This document shows, piece by piece, positions 46,514 to 55,497 of a stretch of DNA of 64,000 nucleotides. The position numbers and the translations under genes were made by a program. Positions within the stretch are counted from its first letter, which is position 1. Every line of letters starts with the position of its first letter. Under the pieces are notes generated by a model. That model saw nothing but the letters and a program-made list of their open reading frames with translations, ran no database searches and was not told the origin of the DNA. Source of the DNA: a virus (taxonomy: Duplodnaviria > Caudoviricetes); IMG/VR virus record IMGVR_UViG_2867134129_000001, positions 18,165 to 82,164 of that record. One strand, 5' to 3'.

Positions 46514-46780
46514 TCAGTCGTCATCGGCTGCCGCCATGGCTCGCATGCGGGTCTGCACGAAGTCGAGGAGCCCCATCACCCGGTGGTGGGGGATCGCGCC
46601 GCCTCCGCTGGGGAGGAGGGTGCCGACCTGGGTGATGCCGTCGCCGTCCTCGTCGTACCGCTGGGACGCGGCGATGACCACCCACTCGGTCAGGACACCC
46701 TGGTAGCCCTCCAGGCGGCAGACTTCCTCAACCGCTGTTTCGAGCCGCTGGTAGGCGGCCTTCTCCCGGTCGTCAGCCAT
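46514..46780 (-). CDS. Hypothetical phage protein
   Basis: Protein-like ORF with RBS. Confidence 0.65.
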   Translation of the reverse strand: MADDREKAAYQRLETAVEEVCRLEGYQGVLTEWVVIAASQRYDEDGDGITQVGTLLPSGGGAIPHHRVMGLLDFVQTRMRAMAAADDD

Positions 46781-47252
46781 CGTCGGCCCCCTTGCTGCTG
46801 GTGATGCCCGCGAGCCCGAGCGCGTCGGTATCGGCGAGCATCTCGTTGGTGCGGATGAGCTTGGCCAGCTCGGGCCAGTGGGGGAGACGCCTGTACCCCC
46901 TGCCCAGCTCGACGCGCTGGCGGCGGATCCCCCGGAGCTGTTCCGGTCGGGTCACGTGGCGAACCTTCGGGTCGCGTGGGCACCGCTGGTTGTCCCGGCA
47001 CCACGCTTCGAAGTCCCGAACCATCGCGGCGATGACGTGCACCGGGCGCAGGTCTGGGTCCATCTGGTCCGCGAGGCGGCGCAGCAGGGCGGAGTCGTCC
47101 GGGCTCTCTTCCTTGCTCCTGGTGCGGCAGGTCGCGGCGAAGTGGCGGGCGTACTCCATTGCGGCAGGGCGGAAGCCGTTGCCTTGCTGGGCGACGGCGC
47201 GGGCCAGGAACTCCTCGAAGGTGGTGGGCACGCGCCCGGTCGACTCATGCAT
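46773..47252 (-). CDS. Hypothetical protein
   Basis: GAGGAG RBS, overlaps neighbours. Confidence 0.55.
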   Translation of the reverse strand: MHESTGRVPTTFEEFLARAVAQQGNGFRPAAMEYARHFAATCRTRSKEESPDDSALLRRLADQMDPDLRPVHVIAAMVRDFEAWCRDNQRCPRDPKVRHVTRPEQLRGIRRQRVELGRGYRRLPHWPELAKLIRTNEMLADTDALGLAGITSSKGADDG

Positions 47253-47637
47253 CGTCGGTCTCCTCGTCGTCGAGTCCGTAGCCTTCGGCGAGGGCGAGGA
47301 TCGTGGGACAGTTCCCGCGCCCTTCGGTGTCCGTGCCGCCGTATTCGTCTGCGGTGACGTGGCAGGTGATGCACCCGAAGTCGGCTCCCTTAGCCCTATA
47401 GATGGGGCTGACGACTTCGGATGTGTACGGGTGCGCTTCGAGGATCTTGCGGTGGGCGGCACACCACCGGTCCTCCACGGATCCGATCTCGGCGGCGGCC
47501 TGCGCCTTGTCGAGTAGGCCGTTGATCCAGTCATGGAGGCCGGGCGTAACGTCGAACGTCACCTTCCCGTAGTCGAAGTCGGGGTCGTCGTCCGAGAGGC
47601 GCCGGAGGTCGGCCAGGCGCATCTTCCTAGGACTCAT
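47245..47637 (-). CDS. Hypothetical protein (DUF6221-like C-terminus)
   Basis: 'AHRKILEAH...CITC...CPTILALAEGY'. Confidence 0.6.
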   Translation of the reverse strand: MSPRKMRLADLRRLSDDDPDFDYGKVTFDVTPGLHDWINGLLDKAQAAAEIGSVEDRWCAAHRKILEAHPYTSEVVSPIYRAKGADFGCITCHVTADEYGGTDTEGRGNCPTILALAEGYGLDDEETDDA

Positions 47638-48418
47638 GGGGCGCCTCCTTGCGGAGCACGGCCAGTACCGCTGTGGCTACGTGCCCGCCCATGTCGCTGG
47701 GGAGATCCTGGTTCAGCACGGTGCGCACGGCCAGGGCGACGCGGGCGTGTACGGGGTCCCCGTCCTCGTCGAGGGCGGCGTCGATGATGTCGGCTACGGG
47801 GTCCCATGTGCGGGTGGTGGCCCGGATGAAAGCGGAGGCGTCACGTACCCGCCGGATGGTGGCCTCGGCCTCCTCGGCGCGGACCACGGCCTGGGCGCGC
47901 TCGAACTCGGGCAGGTTCGCCGTCGTGGGGGCGGCTACGTCCACGTGGATGCGTGCCGTGGCGACCACGGGCGGCTGCTGGCGTGCGGTGCTTCCGATGG
48001 CGCACTCCGGGTGCGGGTGAACCTCCTCGCCCTGCTCCTCGTAGCAGAAACCGTAGTCGAGCAGGCGGGGTTCCTTACGCTGGAGCGCGGCTAGGAACTT
48101 CCGTGCGGTCTCCCGTTCCGGACCCGGCGCGCCTGTGGTGAACAGGTCGCTGGCGAGGACAGCGACGCGGTGCAGCATCGGTGCTCCCTGGCCGAGCATG
48201 TCGTCGGCGGCATCCGGCGCGGGGCAGTCGATGCGGGCGCAGGTGACGCCACCGCCCTCACCGAGGAACAGGCTGGCGGCACCACACGCCGGGCAACGAC
48301 CCAGCGAGAACTTTTGCCCCATCTCGGCGGCTAGCTCGCTTTGGGTCCAGCCGCGTCGGGCTCGCAGCATCCGCACGTTGGCAGAGACTCGCTCACCGGC
48401 AGTTATGGGATCAGGCAC
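47627..48418 (-). CDS. Mosaic protein with a partial XRE HTH and a zinc ribbon
   Basis: 'NVRMLRARRGWTQSELAAEMG' followed directly by 'CPACG...C..IDC'. Confidence 0.6.
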   Translation of the reverse strand: MPDPITAGERVSANVRMLRARRGWTQSELAAEMGQKFSLGRCPACGAASLFLGEGGGVTCARIDCPAPDAADDMLGQGAPMLHRVAVLASDLFTTGAPGPERETARKFLAALQRKEPRLLDYGFCYEEQGEEVHPHPECAIGSTARQQPPVVATARIHVDVAAPTTANLPEFERAQAVVRAEEAEATIRRVRDASAFIRATTRTWDPVADIIDAALDEDGDPVHARVALAVRTVLNQDLPSDMGGHVATAVLAVLRKEAPHES

Positions 48419-48625
48419 AGGTGCCTCCTCGGCAAGGGGATTGGCAAGGGTGGCGGCGGGCTCGCCCCTTGCCAGAAGGAGCCCGCCGCTGGGTGAACCG
48501 GTGAAGCGGCGACCCGGGGCCAGCATAACCCCTGAACCTTGGAATCGTAGGCATATGCGAATCGAAAGCCTATGATTCAAAGGTCAACGGTCATGCTGAC
48601 GCCTGACGCTACGCAGGAGACCCAC

Positions 48626-49435
48626 ATGAAGCTCGTCACCAGAGCCCAACTCGGCTGGCCCGCCTCCGCCGCGCCGTCGCAGTCCACCGCCCGAGGCGTG
48701 AAGGTCCACTACGAGGGGACACCGGTCAGCACCAAGCTGCTCACCGACCACAACGCGTGCATCACCGAGTGGAAGAACATCCGCAAGTCCCACCTCGCGA
48801 ACAAGACCGAGGGCTACAGCGACGTTGCCTACAACTACGCCGCCTGCCCCCACGGCTACCTCCTCGAAGGACGCGGGCTCCGCAAGCGCACCGGAGCGAA
48901 CGGCAACCAGGCACTCAACCAAACCCACTACGCGATAGTCGGGCTCGTCGGCAGCAGCGGCCTCACGGAGCCGCCGGCCCCGATGCTCTCCGCGATCCGC
49001 GACGGCATCGACCTCCTCCGCGACAACGGAGCGGGCAACGAGATCAAGGGACACCGCGACGGGTACGCCACCGCCTGCCCCGGCGGCCCCCTCTACGCCT
49101 GGGTGAAGAAGGGCGCACCCCGCCCGAACGGCGACGACGAGCCCAGCACCAAGCCCCCCGCCGGCACGCCGAAGTACGAGACGTACCCCGGGGCCAGCTT
49201 CTTCCTCAACGGCAGCCGGCCCGCCCTCGGCAAGAAGTCCCCCATCTTCACCGCCATGGGCAAACGCCTCGTCGCCGTCGGCTGCGGCCGGTACACCGAC
49301 GGCCCCGGCCCCAAGCTCGGCCAGGCCGACGTGAACTCCTACGAAGCCTGGCAGCGCAAGTGCGGCTACACCGGGGCCGCCGCCAAGTGGCCGCCCGGCA
49401 AGACCACCTGGGACAAGCTTCAGGTGCCGAAGTGA
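48626..49435 (+). CDS. Endolysin, N-acetylmuramoyl-L-alanine amidase with a C-terminal cell-wall-binding domain
   Basis: 'VKVHY', 'YSDVAYNY', 'EGRG', 'GHRDGYATACPG'. Confidence 0.92.
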   Translation: MKLVTRAQLGWPASAAPSQSTARGVKVHYEGTPVSTKLLTDHNACITEWKNIRKSHLANKTEGYSDVAYNYAACPHGYLLEGRGLRKRTGANGNQALNQTHYAIVGLVGSSGLTEPPAPMLSAIRDGIDLLRDNGAGNEIKGHRDGYATACPGGPLYAWVKKGAPRPNGDDEPSTKPPAGTPKYETYPGASFFLNGSRPALGKKSPIFTAMGKRLVAVGCGRYTDGPGPKLGQADVNSYEAWQRKCGYTGAAAKWPPGKTTWDKLQVPK

Positions 49436-49773
49436 TCCTCAACCTAACGCCGCACCCCATCCGCCTGTACGCGGACGAACGCGAAGACGGCAGCGACGAC
49501 CTCAAGCCGTTCTTCCGGCTCGCCATCGAACCGGAGGAGACGCCCGCACGCCTCGCCACGATCGAGCTCAGCCGCAGCATCACCTTCGAGCGAGTCGAGT
49601 TTGGGAACGTCCAGAACCTCCCGCCCCAGCGAGACGGCTACCAGTACATCGTGTCCCTCGTCGTCGCCCTCGCCCTCGCAGGCCGACGCAATGACCTGCT
49701 CGTCCCCTACCGCGAGGTCCGCAACGCCTCCGGGACCGTCATCGGCTGCCGCGCACTCGCGCAGCCCATCTGA
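49432..49773 (+). CDS. Hypothetical viral protein with an 'NLTPH' motif
   Basis: 'LNLTPHPI...LPP......YIVS.......RRNDLLVP...R...G.VIGC..L'. Confidence 0.7.
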   Translation: MILNLTPHPIRLYADEREDGSDDLKPFFRLAIEPEETPARLATIELSRSITFERVEFGNVQNLPPQRDGYQYIVSLVVALALAGRRNDLLVPYREVRNASGTVIGCRALAQPI

Positions 49774-49787
49774 GAAACGAGACCACC

Positions 49788-50132
49788 ATGAAGCTCTTCG
49801 GCCGCGAACCCGCCCTGATCATCGCCACCCTCTCCGCCGCCCTGTCCCTCCTCGTCTCCTTCCAGTTCGGACTCGACGCCGAACAGGCCGCTGCGATCGT
49901 CGCCGTCATCAGCGCCGTGTTCGCCGCGGCGACCGCAGCCATAACGCGCCCCATCGCCCCGTCCGCGTTCACCGGACTCGTCGCCGCCGGAGTCGCCCTC
50001 CTCGCCGCCTACGGGCTCAGCGTCTCCGCCGAAACCGTCGGCGCCCTCAACGCCGTCGCCCTCGCCGTCCTCGGCCTCATGACCCGCGGCCAGGTAACCC
50101 CCGCCAAGTCGACGACCCCTGCGGCCGGCTGA
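49788..50132 (+). CDS. Holin
   Basis: 'FGREPA', 3-4 TM helices, 'RGQVTP'; beside the endolysin. Confidence 0.8.
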   Translation: MKLFGREPALIIATLSAALSLLVSFQFGLDAEQAAAIVAVISAVFAAATAAITRPIAPSAFTGLVAAGVALLAAYGLSVSAETVGALNAVALAVLGLMTRGQVTPAKSTTPAAG

Positions 50133-50560
50133 TGCGACAGGCGGCCTGGTGGCTCCGACAACGGCTGGGCCGCCGCGGGCAATGGCTCCTCCTCTGGGCC
50201 CTTGCCTGGATCTTCTGGGGGTACGGCGTCGTAGCCGCCCCTCTCCCCGATGAGCGGCCATTCCGACTGCTCCTCCAGTTCGCCCCCCTCCACTGCCGGG
50301 CCTGGGTCTGGATCAGCGCCGGAGTCATCTGCGCCGGGTGCTCCTTCCTGCGCCCGCCGTGGGACTGGCCAGGCTTCATCGTCGCCCTGCTGCCCCCACT
50401 CGGCTGGGCCATGTCGTACTTCGTAGCGGGTGCTGTCGGCGACTACCAGCGCGGCCTCTACGCCGGCCTGCTCTGGCTAACGATCGTCGCCGCTGTCCTC
50501 CAGTCATCGAGGACGCGAGAGCATTCCGTGCCGCACAGCAGAAAGAGCGGTGCCAGATGA
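50132..50560 (+). CDS. Membrane protein (lysis cassette)
   Basis: 'LGRRG' followed by four hydrophobic helices. Confidence 0.75.
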   Translation: MRQAAWWLRQRLGRRGQWLLLWALAWIFWGYGVVAAPLPDERPFRLLLQFAPLHCRAWVWISAGVICAGCSFLRPPWDWPGFIVALLPPLGWAMSYFVAGAVGDYQRGLYAGLLWLTIVAAVLQSSRTREHSVPHSRKSGAR

Positions 50561-50907
50561 GTGGGAACGCGATTTTCGCGGGGACGCTGTTCACCGGCCT
50601 CATGACGGTGGTCTGCGCGATCATCGCCGCACGAGCGGCCCGCCACGCGGCGGCCGATACCCGCGAAGCGAACCGCCTGTCAGCAGAACCCAACCAGAGA
50701 ACAGCGGACCTGGAGGCATTCCGCGAGATCCGATCGGGGCTGGAAACCCGCCTTGCCAAGGTGGAAGACAGCGACCGGTCAATGCGGTCGCTCGTCCGGG
50801 ACTTCGCGCGCTACGTCAGCGAGCTGACCGCGCTCATGCGGTTGCAGGACATCGAACCTCCGGCCCCGCCGGAGCGGGTCGACGACTACTACCGGACAGG
50901 AGTCTGA
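50557..50907 (+). CDS. Membrane-anchored coiled-coil protein (lysis cassette)
   Basis: N-terminal TM, coiled coil, 'IEPPAPP'. Confidence 0.7.
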   Translation: MSGNAIFAGTLFTGLMTVVCAIIAARAARHAAADTREANRLSAEPNQRTADLEAFREIRSGLETRLAKVEDSDRSMRSLVRDFARYVSELTALMRLQDIEPPAPPERVDDYYRTGV

Positions 50908-50909
50908 CC

Positions 50910-53177
50910 ATGCCGTTCCCCCAGGGCGTACCTTCCGTCCCCGTCCGCTACAGCATCACGTCCCCAGCCGACGGCGGGCCCGGCGAGGGCACCCTCCAGC
51001 TCATGCCGACCGTGCCCGCCATTCGTATCCCTGGGCACCAGGGCGTTTTCACCGGTGGCGGCACGTACCGGTTCGTCGACGGGCAGCTTGACAACGGGGA
51101 CGGCGGGCAGGTTCGCCTGCTTCCCACCAACGTTGACGGCGCCAACCCTGCGGTGTGGGCGTGGCTCGGCATCGAGCAGATCAACGGCCAGCAGCCCCGC
51201 CACTTCCACTTCACCCTCGACGCCGACCAGGAAGAGGTCGACCTCGGGGCCGTTCAGCAGCTCGATCCTGACCGCACCCAGTACGTGGCCGTACCCGGGG
51301 GCTCCGCCTACGACGCATGGATCACAGCAGGCAACGACGGCACCGAAAGCGACTTCCTCAACAGCCTCATCGGACCGCCCGGCCCGCAAGGCGACCCCGG
51401 CCCGGCCGAGCCCATCGACTGGACCATGGTCACCCCGCAGGCCATCGGAGCCGACCCCGCCGGCTCCGCCACCCAGGCCAAGACCGCGGCGGTCGCCACC
51501 GCAGTTGGCCACACGGCCGACGCCATTGCCGCCGTCGTCGAACGCTCCGACACCACCTACGACGCCAAGGGCGCCGCCGACGCTGCGCAGCATGACGCTG
51601 TCGTCACCGCCGAGGCCACCATTGCGCAGGCCGTAGCGAGCGAGAAAGCCCGAGCCGACCAGGCATACGACACCTCAGGAGCTGCAGACGCCGCACTGGA
51701 TGCCGCCCGCAGGTACACCGATGCCGAAGTGAGCGGGGTGATTGCCCGGTCGGACGCCGCATACGAATCCGCAGGCGCGGCCGGGGACGCCCTCCAGCAG
51801 ATTCAGACGCTGGTACAAACGACCATCGCCGCCGAACGGGTACGCGCGGACACCGCATACGAACCGCGTCTATCCGACGGCGAGGCCGGCCCGGAGGTCA
51901 TTACCTACGTCGACACCGCCGTTGCCCAAGAGCGCGCCCGATCAGATACCGCCTACGATCCGGCTGGCGCGGCGGAGACGGCACGGCAGTCCGCAACAAG
52001 CGCCGCCGCGGGGATGATCGCGGAGGAACGGCAGCGTGCCAACGAGGCCTACGAACCTGTCGGTTCAGCACCTCAAGCCCAGCAGGACGCCGTCGCCGAG
52101 GCGGAAGCCTACACAGATGCGCAGGTGCTCGCCGAGCGGCGACGCGCCGACGCCGCCTACGAACGGGCCGGCTCCGGAAGCAGCGCAGTCGACCAGGCGA
52201 AGACCTACATCGACAATCGGGTCACGGCGAGCGCCGCGGCAGAACGGGCAGCATCGGACAACCGGTACGACCCCGCCGGTGCAGCCGCAACAGTGCAGTC
52301 CGCCGCCAGGGAACAGGCAACCGCGGCTGTTGCCGCCTCGGCGGCGACCGAACGTGCCGTATCCAATGACCGCTACGAACCGATGGGGGTCGCCGCAGAT
52401 GCGCTGACCGCGGCCAAGGGGTACACGGACCAGCAAGCCATCACGGAAATGACACGCGCCGACGGCGCCTACGACGCAGCTGGTGCGGCCACCAGAGCAG
52501 CGGGAACAGCGCTCGCCGCCGCGAAAACCTACACCGACCAGCAGAGCGCCGCCGAGAAGACCCGAGCCGACAACGTCTACGAAGGCTCCGGGGCCCTCGC
52601 GGCAAGCAAGGCGTACACGGATACAGCTGTGACCGCCGAGAGAAATCGAGCCGACGGGGCACTCACCACGGCATTGAACGGAGAGCAGGCCCGGGCTGAC
52701 GGAGCCTATGTCAAGGCCGCAGACCCTCGACTTGCGAACGCCCGCAATCCAACTGCGCACGCCACCAGCCACGCAGTAGGCGGCAGCGACGCCTTAACCG
52801 CGGGCGACATCGGGGCCGCATCGGCAAGCGCACTGACCGCGCTCGCAGCCCGGGTCACCGCACTGGAAACCCGGGCGACGATCTTGGAATCCCGCAGACT
52901 CACCGGCGTCACCGGCAAGGCAACGCCCGCGCTCAGCCTCGGAGCGGGTGCCACCACCGCTGTTGCCGTCACCTTCGACTCGCCAATGCCATCCGCGACC
53001 TACCAGGCAATCGTGCAGATCGAGGGTGCACAAAGCCTGCTCGGGAACATCGCATTCCTACCGCCGCTCTCCAACGAAACGCCGACCGGCTGCACGGTGA
53101 CCCTCAAGAACACGGGCCTCCTCACGCTGGCCCAGCCGGTCACCGTGCAGGTCACCGCCATCCAAATGGCCAGCTAG
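50910..53177 (+). CDS. Tail-fibre-like protein with about 12 helical repeats
   Basis: Baseplate-anchor-like N-terminus, 'SAYDAW...G..GTESDFL.SL.GP.G' collagen junction, repeats ER.RAD.AY(D/E)..G.A. Confidence 0.75.
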   Translation: MPFPQGVPSVPVRYSITSPADGGPGEGTLQLMPTVPAIRIPGHQGVFTGGGTYRFVDGQLDNGDGGQVRLLPTNVDGANPAVWAWLGIEQINGQQPRHFHFTLDADQEEVDLGAVQQLDPDRTQYVAVPGGSAYDAWITAGNDGTESDFLNSLIGPPGPQGDPGPAEPIDWTMVTPQAIGADPAGSATQAKTAAVATAVGHTADAIAAVVERSDTTYDAKGAADAAQHDAVVTAEATIAQAVASEKARADQAYDTSGAADAALDAARRYTDAEVSGVIARSDAAYESAGAAGDALQQIQTLVQTTIAAERVRADTAYEPRLSDGEAGPEVITYVDTAVAQERARSDTAYDPAGAAETARQSATSAAAGMIAEERQRANEAYEPVGSAPQAQQDAVAEAEAYTDAQVLAERRRADAAYERAGSGSSAVDQAKTYIDNRVTASAAAERAASDNRYDPAGAAATVQSAAREQATAAVAASAATERAVSNDRYEPMGVAADALTAAKGYTDQQAITEMTRADGAYDAAGAATRAAGTALAAAKTYTDQQSAAEKTRADNVYEGSGALAASKAYTDTAVTAERNRADGALTTALNGEQARADGAYVKAADPRLANARNPTAHATSHAVGGSDALTAGDIGAASASALTALAARVTALETRATILESRRLTGVTGKATPALSLGAGATTAVAVTFDSPMPSATYQAIVQIEGAQSLLGNIAFLPPLSNETPTGCTVTLKNTGLLTLAQPVTVQVTAIQMAS

Positions 53178-53209
53178 ACGGGACTGCCCGCTCTGGCGAT
53201 ACCGCCGGT

Positions 53210-53848
53210 TCAGCAGCTCTCCTCGAACTTCACCGCGGTGAACTCGACCGGCTGCCCGTTCAGTGCGGTCCCGGGGGCGGGGTCCTCGGTGCACACCTGC
53301 CAGTTGGACTCCATCAGCACCATGCGGCCCTGGGCGGCGTCGGTGACGGTGATGGAGGTGCTGGGGTCGAGCGCGTCCCGAGCGACCTTCACGGCTTTCC
53401 CGACGAGGTTCGGCATCTTCCCGCCCGCCGCCTCGGGCTCCTTCGCCTCGGTGGCGGGGCAGTCCTCCTCCAGCTTCACCGTCCCGAAGTCCAGCTTGGT
53501 GTCCGTCGGGACGGTCTTGCCGACGGCCATGTTCTGCGAGCAGACCTTCCAGTTCCGGTCGAATGCCTGCGCCCGGCCTTGCCCTGCACTGTCGTGGGAG
53601 GTGAGGACGAAGAAGCCCTCGGCCTGGGCTGCGTCCTGGGCGGACTGGAGGCCCATGCCGACGAAGTTCGGCACCGCCTTCTTCTCCGCCGGCTTTTCCT
53701 CCTTGGTGGCAGACGGGGCGGGCGCCTTCGCTGCCGACTCGGTTGCGGCCGGCGCGTCCGGTGTCGGCTCGGTGGCTGCCGGGTCGCAGCCGACGAGGGC
53801 CACGGTGGCGATGCATGCGAGCGCGACGGTGAGTGTGCGGGTGTTCAA
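53210..53848 (-). CDS. Lipoprotein with two PASTA-like domains
   Basis: Lipobox LVGC; 'VPNFVGMGLQSAQD...NWKVCSQ' and 'MPNLVGK...NWQVCTE'. Confidence 0.85.
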   Translation of the reverse strand: MNTRTLTVALACIATVALVGCDPAATEPTPDAPAATESAAKAPAPSATKEEKPAEKKAVPNFVGMGLQSAQDAAQAEGFFVLTSHDSAGQGRAQAFDRNWKVCSQNMAVGKTVPTDTKLDFGTVKLEEDCPATEAKEPEAAGGKMPNLVGKAVKVARDALDPSTSITVTDAAQGRMVLMESNWQVCTEDPAPGTALNGQPVEFTAVKFEESC

Positions 53849-54047
53849 CTCGTCCCCCCAGGGATGGTTCGTGGAGGCCCGACCGTAACGAGCCCCGCAC
53901 ACCCCGTGGTGCCACATGTTCCGGTGGTGACGGAGTTGTGACCAAACAGCGGGGGAGGGGTGCGGGCGACCTGCCGCATGGTGGGGTGCCGGGCGCCCCA
54001 AGTCCGTACACTGAAACCAGCGCGGGGCCAGAACAGCTAGGAGCACC

Positions 54048-54593
54048 ATGTTCAAGATCTCCGACCGCGTCGCGGACCTCTTCGGCGACCACGCCATCCG
54101 CGTTGAGTTCCAGCAGGCACTCCTCGCCGCAGGTCAACTCCAGGACCACGAGATGAAGTACCTGGAAGACGGGCCCTTCTCCGAGATCGCCCGCATCACC
54201 TACCGGCGCCTGAAGGACTTCGACCGGACCGCTCTGCCAGAGGAGAAGCGAGAGCTGGTTGCCGGCGCCAAGGCCCTATCGCACCGGCTCATCACCTCCG
54301 GCTACGCAATCGACAAGGCGGCGAGGGCCGACGAGCACGCAGCAGAAGACTGGCCGGAGCTGCTTGCCTTCGTCCAGAGGAAGTGTTCAGCGCGAGTAGG
54401 ACTCCCTGACCATGACGGCTGGGAGCGCTGCTATACCCACATCGTCGGTCGGGCGGAGGCCGCACTACAGACGGGCCGCGCGAGCGAAGACCGGGCCGCC
54501 GGGTACGCCGTGCTCCGACACTTCGCCTACTTCTTCAGCGGGGACGTCGGCTTCGAGCGCCGCTGGTACCTCGAAGTCCCCGAAGCGGGCTGA
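54048..54593 (+). CDS. Hypothetical protein
   Basis: AGGAG RBS; followed by a terminator. Confidence 0.7.
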   Translation: MFKISDRVADLFGDHAIRVEFQQALLAAGQLQDHEMKYLEDGPFSEIARITYRRLKDFDRTALPEEKRELVAGAKALSHRLITSGYAIDKAARADEHAAEDWPELLAFVQRKCSARVGLPDHDGWERCYTHIVGRAEAALQTGRASEDRAAGYAVLRHFAYFFSGDVGFERRWYLEVPEAG

Positions 54594-54607
54594 CCGTCCG
54601 CGCACCC

Positions 54608-54637
54608 GCGCCCCGCTCTCATCCGAGGGCGGGGCGC
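54608..54637 (+). terminator. Intrinsic terminator
   Basis: GCGCCCCGCTCTC-ATCC-GAGGGCGGGGCGC followed by TT. Confidence 0.7.
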
Positions 54638-54793
54638 TTCGTCGTTCAACGGCTGCGGGCGCGCGACCTCTTGGCCGTCTCGACTCTCGATAATATGCCG
54701 TATCACGGGCCCTGCTCCTCTCGGAGTGGGGCCGCTGTCATGTGGAGGGGGGGCACCAACTTCCCCTGAACGGCGGGCCTTACCGGGGGTAGC

Positions 54794-54817
54794 CTCGTAT
54801 AATTTCCCTTATACAAG
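54794..54817. other. lox/dif-like site-specific recombination site candidate
   Basis: CTCGTATAA-TTTCCC-TTATACAAG; overlaps TATAAT; upstream of the operon ending in the tyrosine recombinase. Confidence 0.6.
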
Positions 54818-54835
54818 ACAGACTTGGAGGGGTAG

Positions 54836-55225
54836 ATGAGCGCAGACGTAACGACCACCGAGTACCTGTACGGCATCGACACCAGCGTGCATGACGACGC
54901 CCGGTTCTATCAGCGGCCCCACGCCGTGGCGTTCCCCGTCGTGAAGAAGACCCCGAAGCGGGTCTACTACGAGATCAACGGCCGCACCCGGTTCGTTGAC
55001 CGTCAGCGCCTTGAAGCCGACGGCAAGGTCCAGCGGGTGGGCGGCTGGTGGGAGAGCGACCTCACCGTCTACCTGTCCGAACCCGTCGTTGAGCAACCGA
55101 AGCCTGCCTCTCTAGCAGAGCTGAAGCGGGCCATGGCTGACGCCCACCCCGATCGCGAGAGCGGTAGCCACGAGGCATTCATCGCCGCCCGCGCCCGCTA
55201 CGAGCAAGCACGGGCGGCGGCGTGA
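54836..55225 (+). CDS. Protein with a C-terminal minimal J-domain
   Basis: 'ELKRAMADAHPDRESGSHEAFIAARARYEQA'. Confidence 0.7.
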   Translation: MSADVTTTEYLYGIDTSVHDDARFYQRPHAVAFPVVKKTPKRVYYEINGRTRFVDRQRLEADGKVQRVGGWWESDLTVYLSEPVVEQPKPASLAELKRAMADAHPDRESGSHEAFIAARARYEQARAAA

Positions 55226-55497
55226 ACGAGGCCTACGACCCTCTGCCGGACCTCATCGACCGCGCAGAGAAACGCCACGACGGCATCAGCCAGTTGAAGG
55301 AGGTTGCCCGGCTCGCCCTGCACTGGCACCGACCCGAACTTGGCTGGGCGACGGACAACGTCACCAAGGACCCCGAAACGGGCAAGCTGCTCTGGAAGGC
55401 CACGACGGGCTGCGCCTGTGGCTCCGGCGAGTTCCCCTGCCGGTGGAGGCGTCAGATCACCGCCGTCTTCGGTGTCTCGGAGGAGTATCGCCTGTGA
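55222..55497 (+). CDS. Hypothetical protein
   Basis: GTGA overlaps on both sides. Confidence 0.6.
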   Translation: MNEAYDPLPDLIDRAEKRHDGISQLKEVARLALHWHRPELGWATDNVTKDPETGKLLWKATTGCACGSGEFPCRWRRQITAVFGVSEEYRL

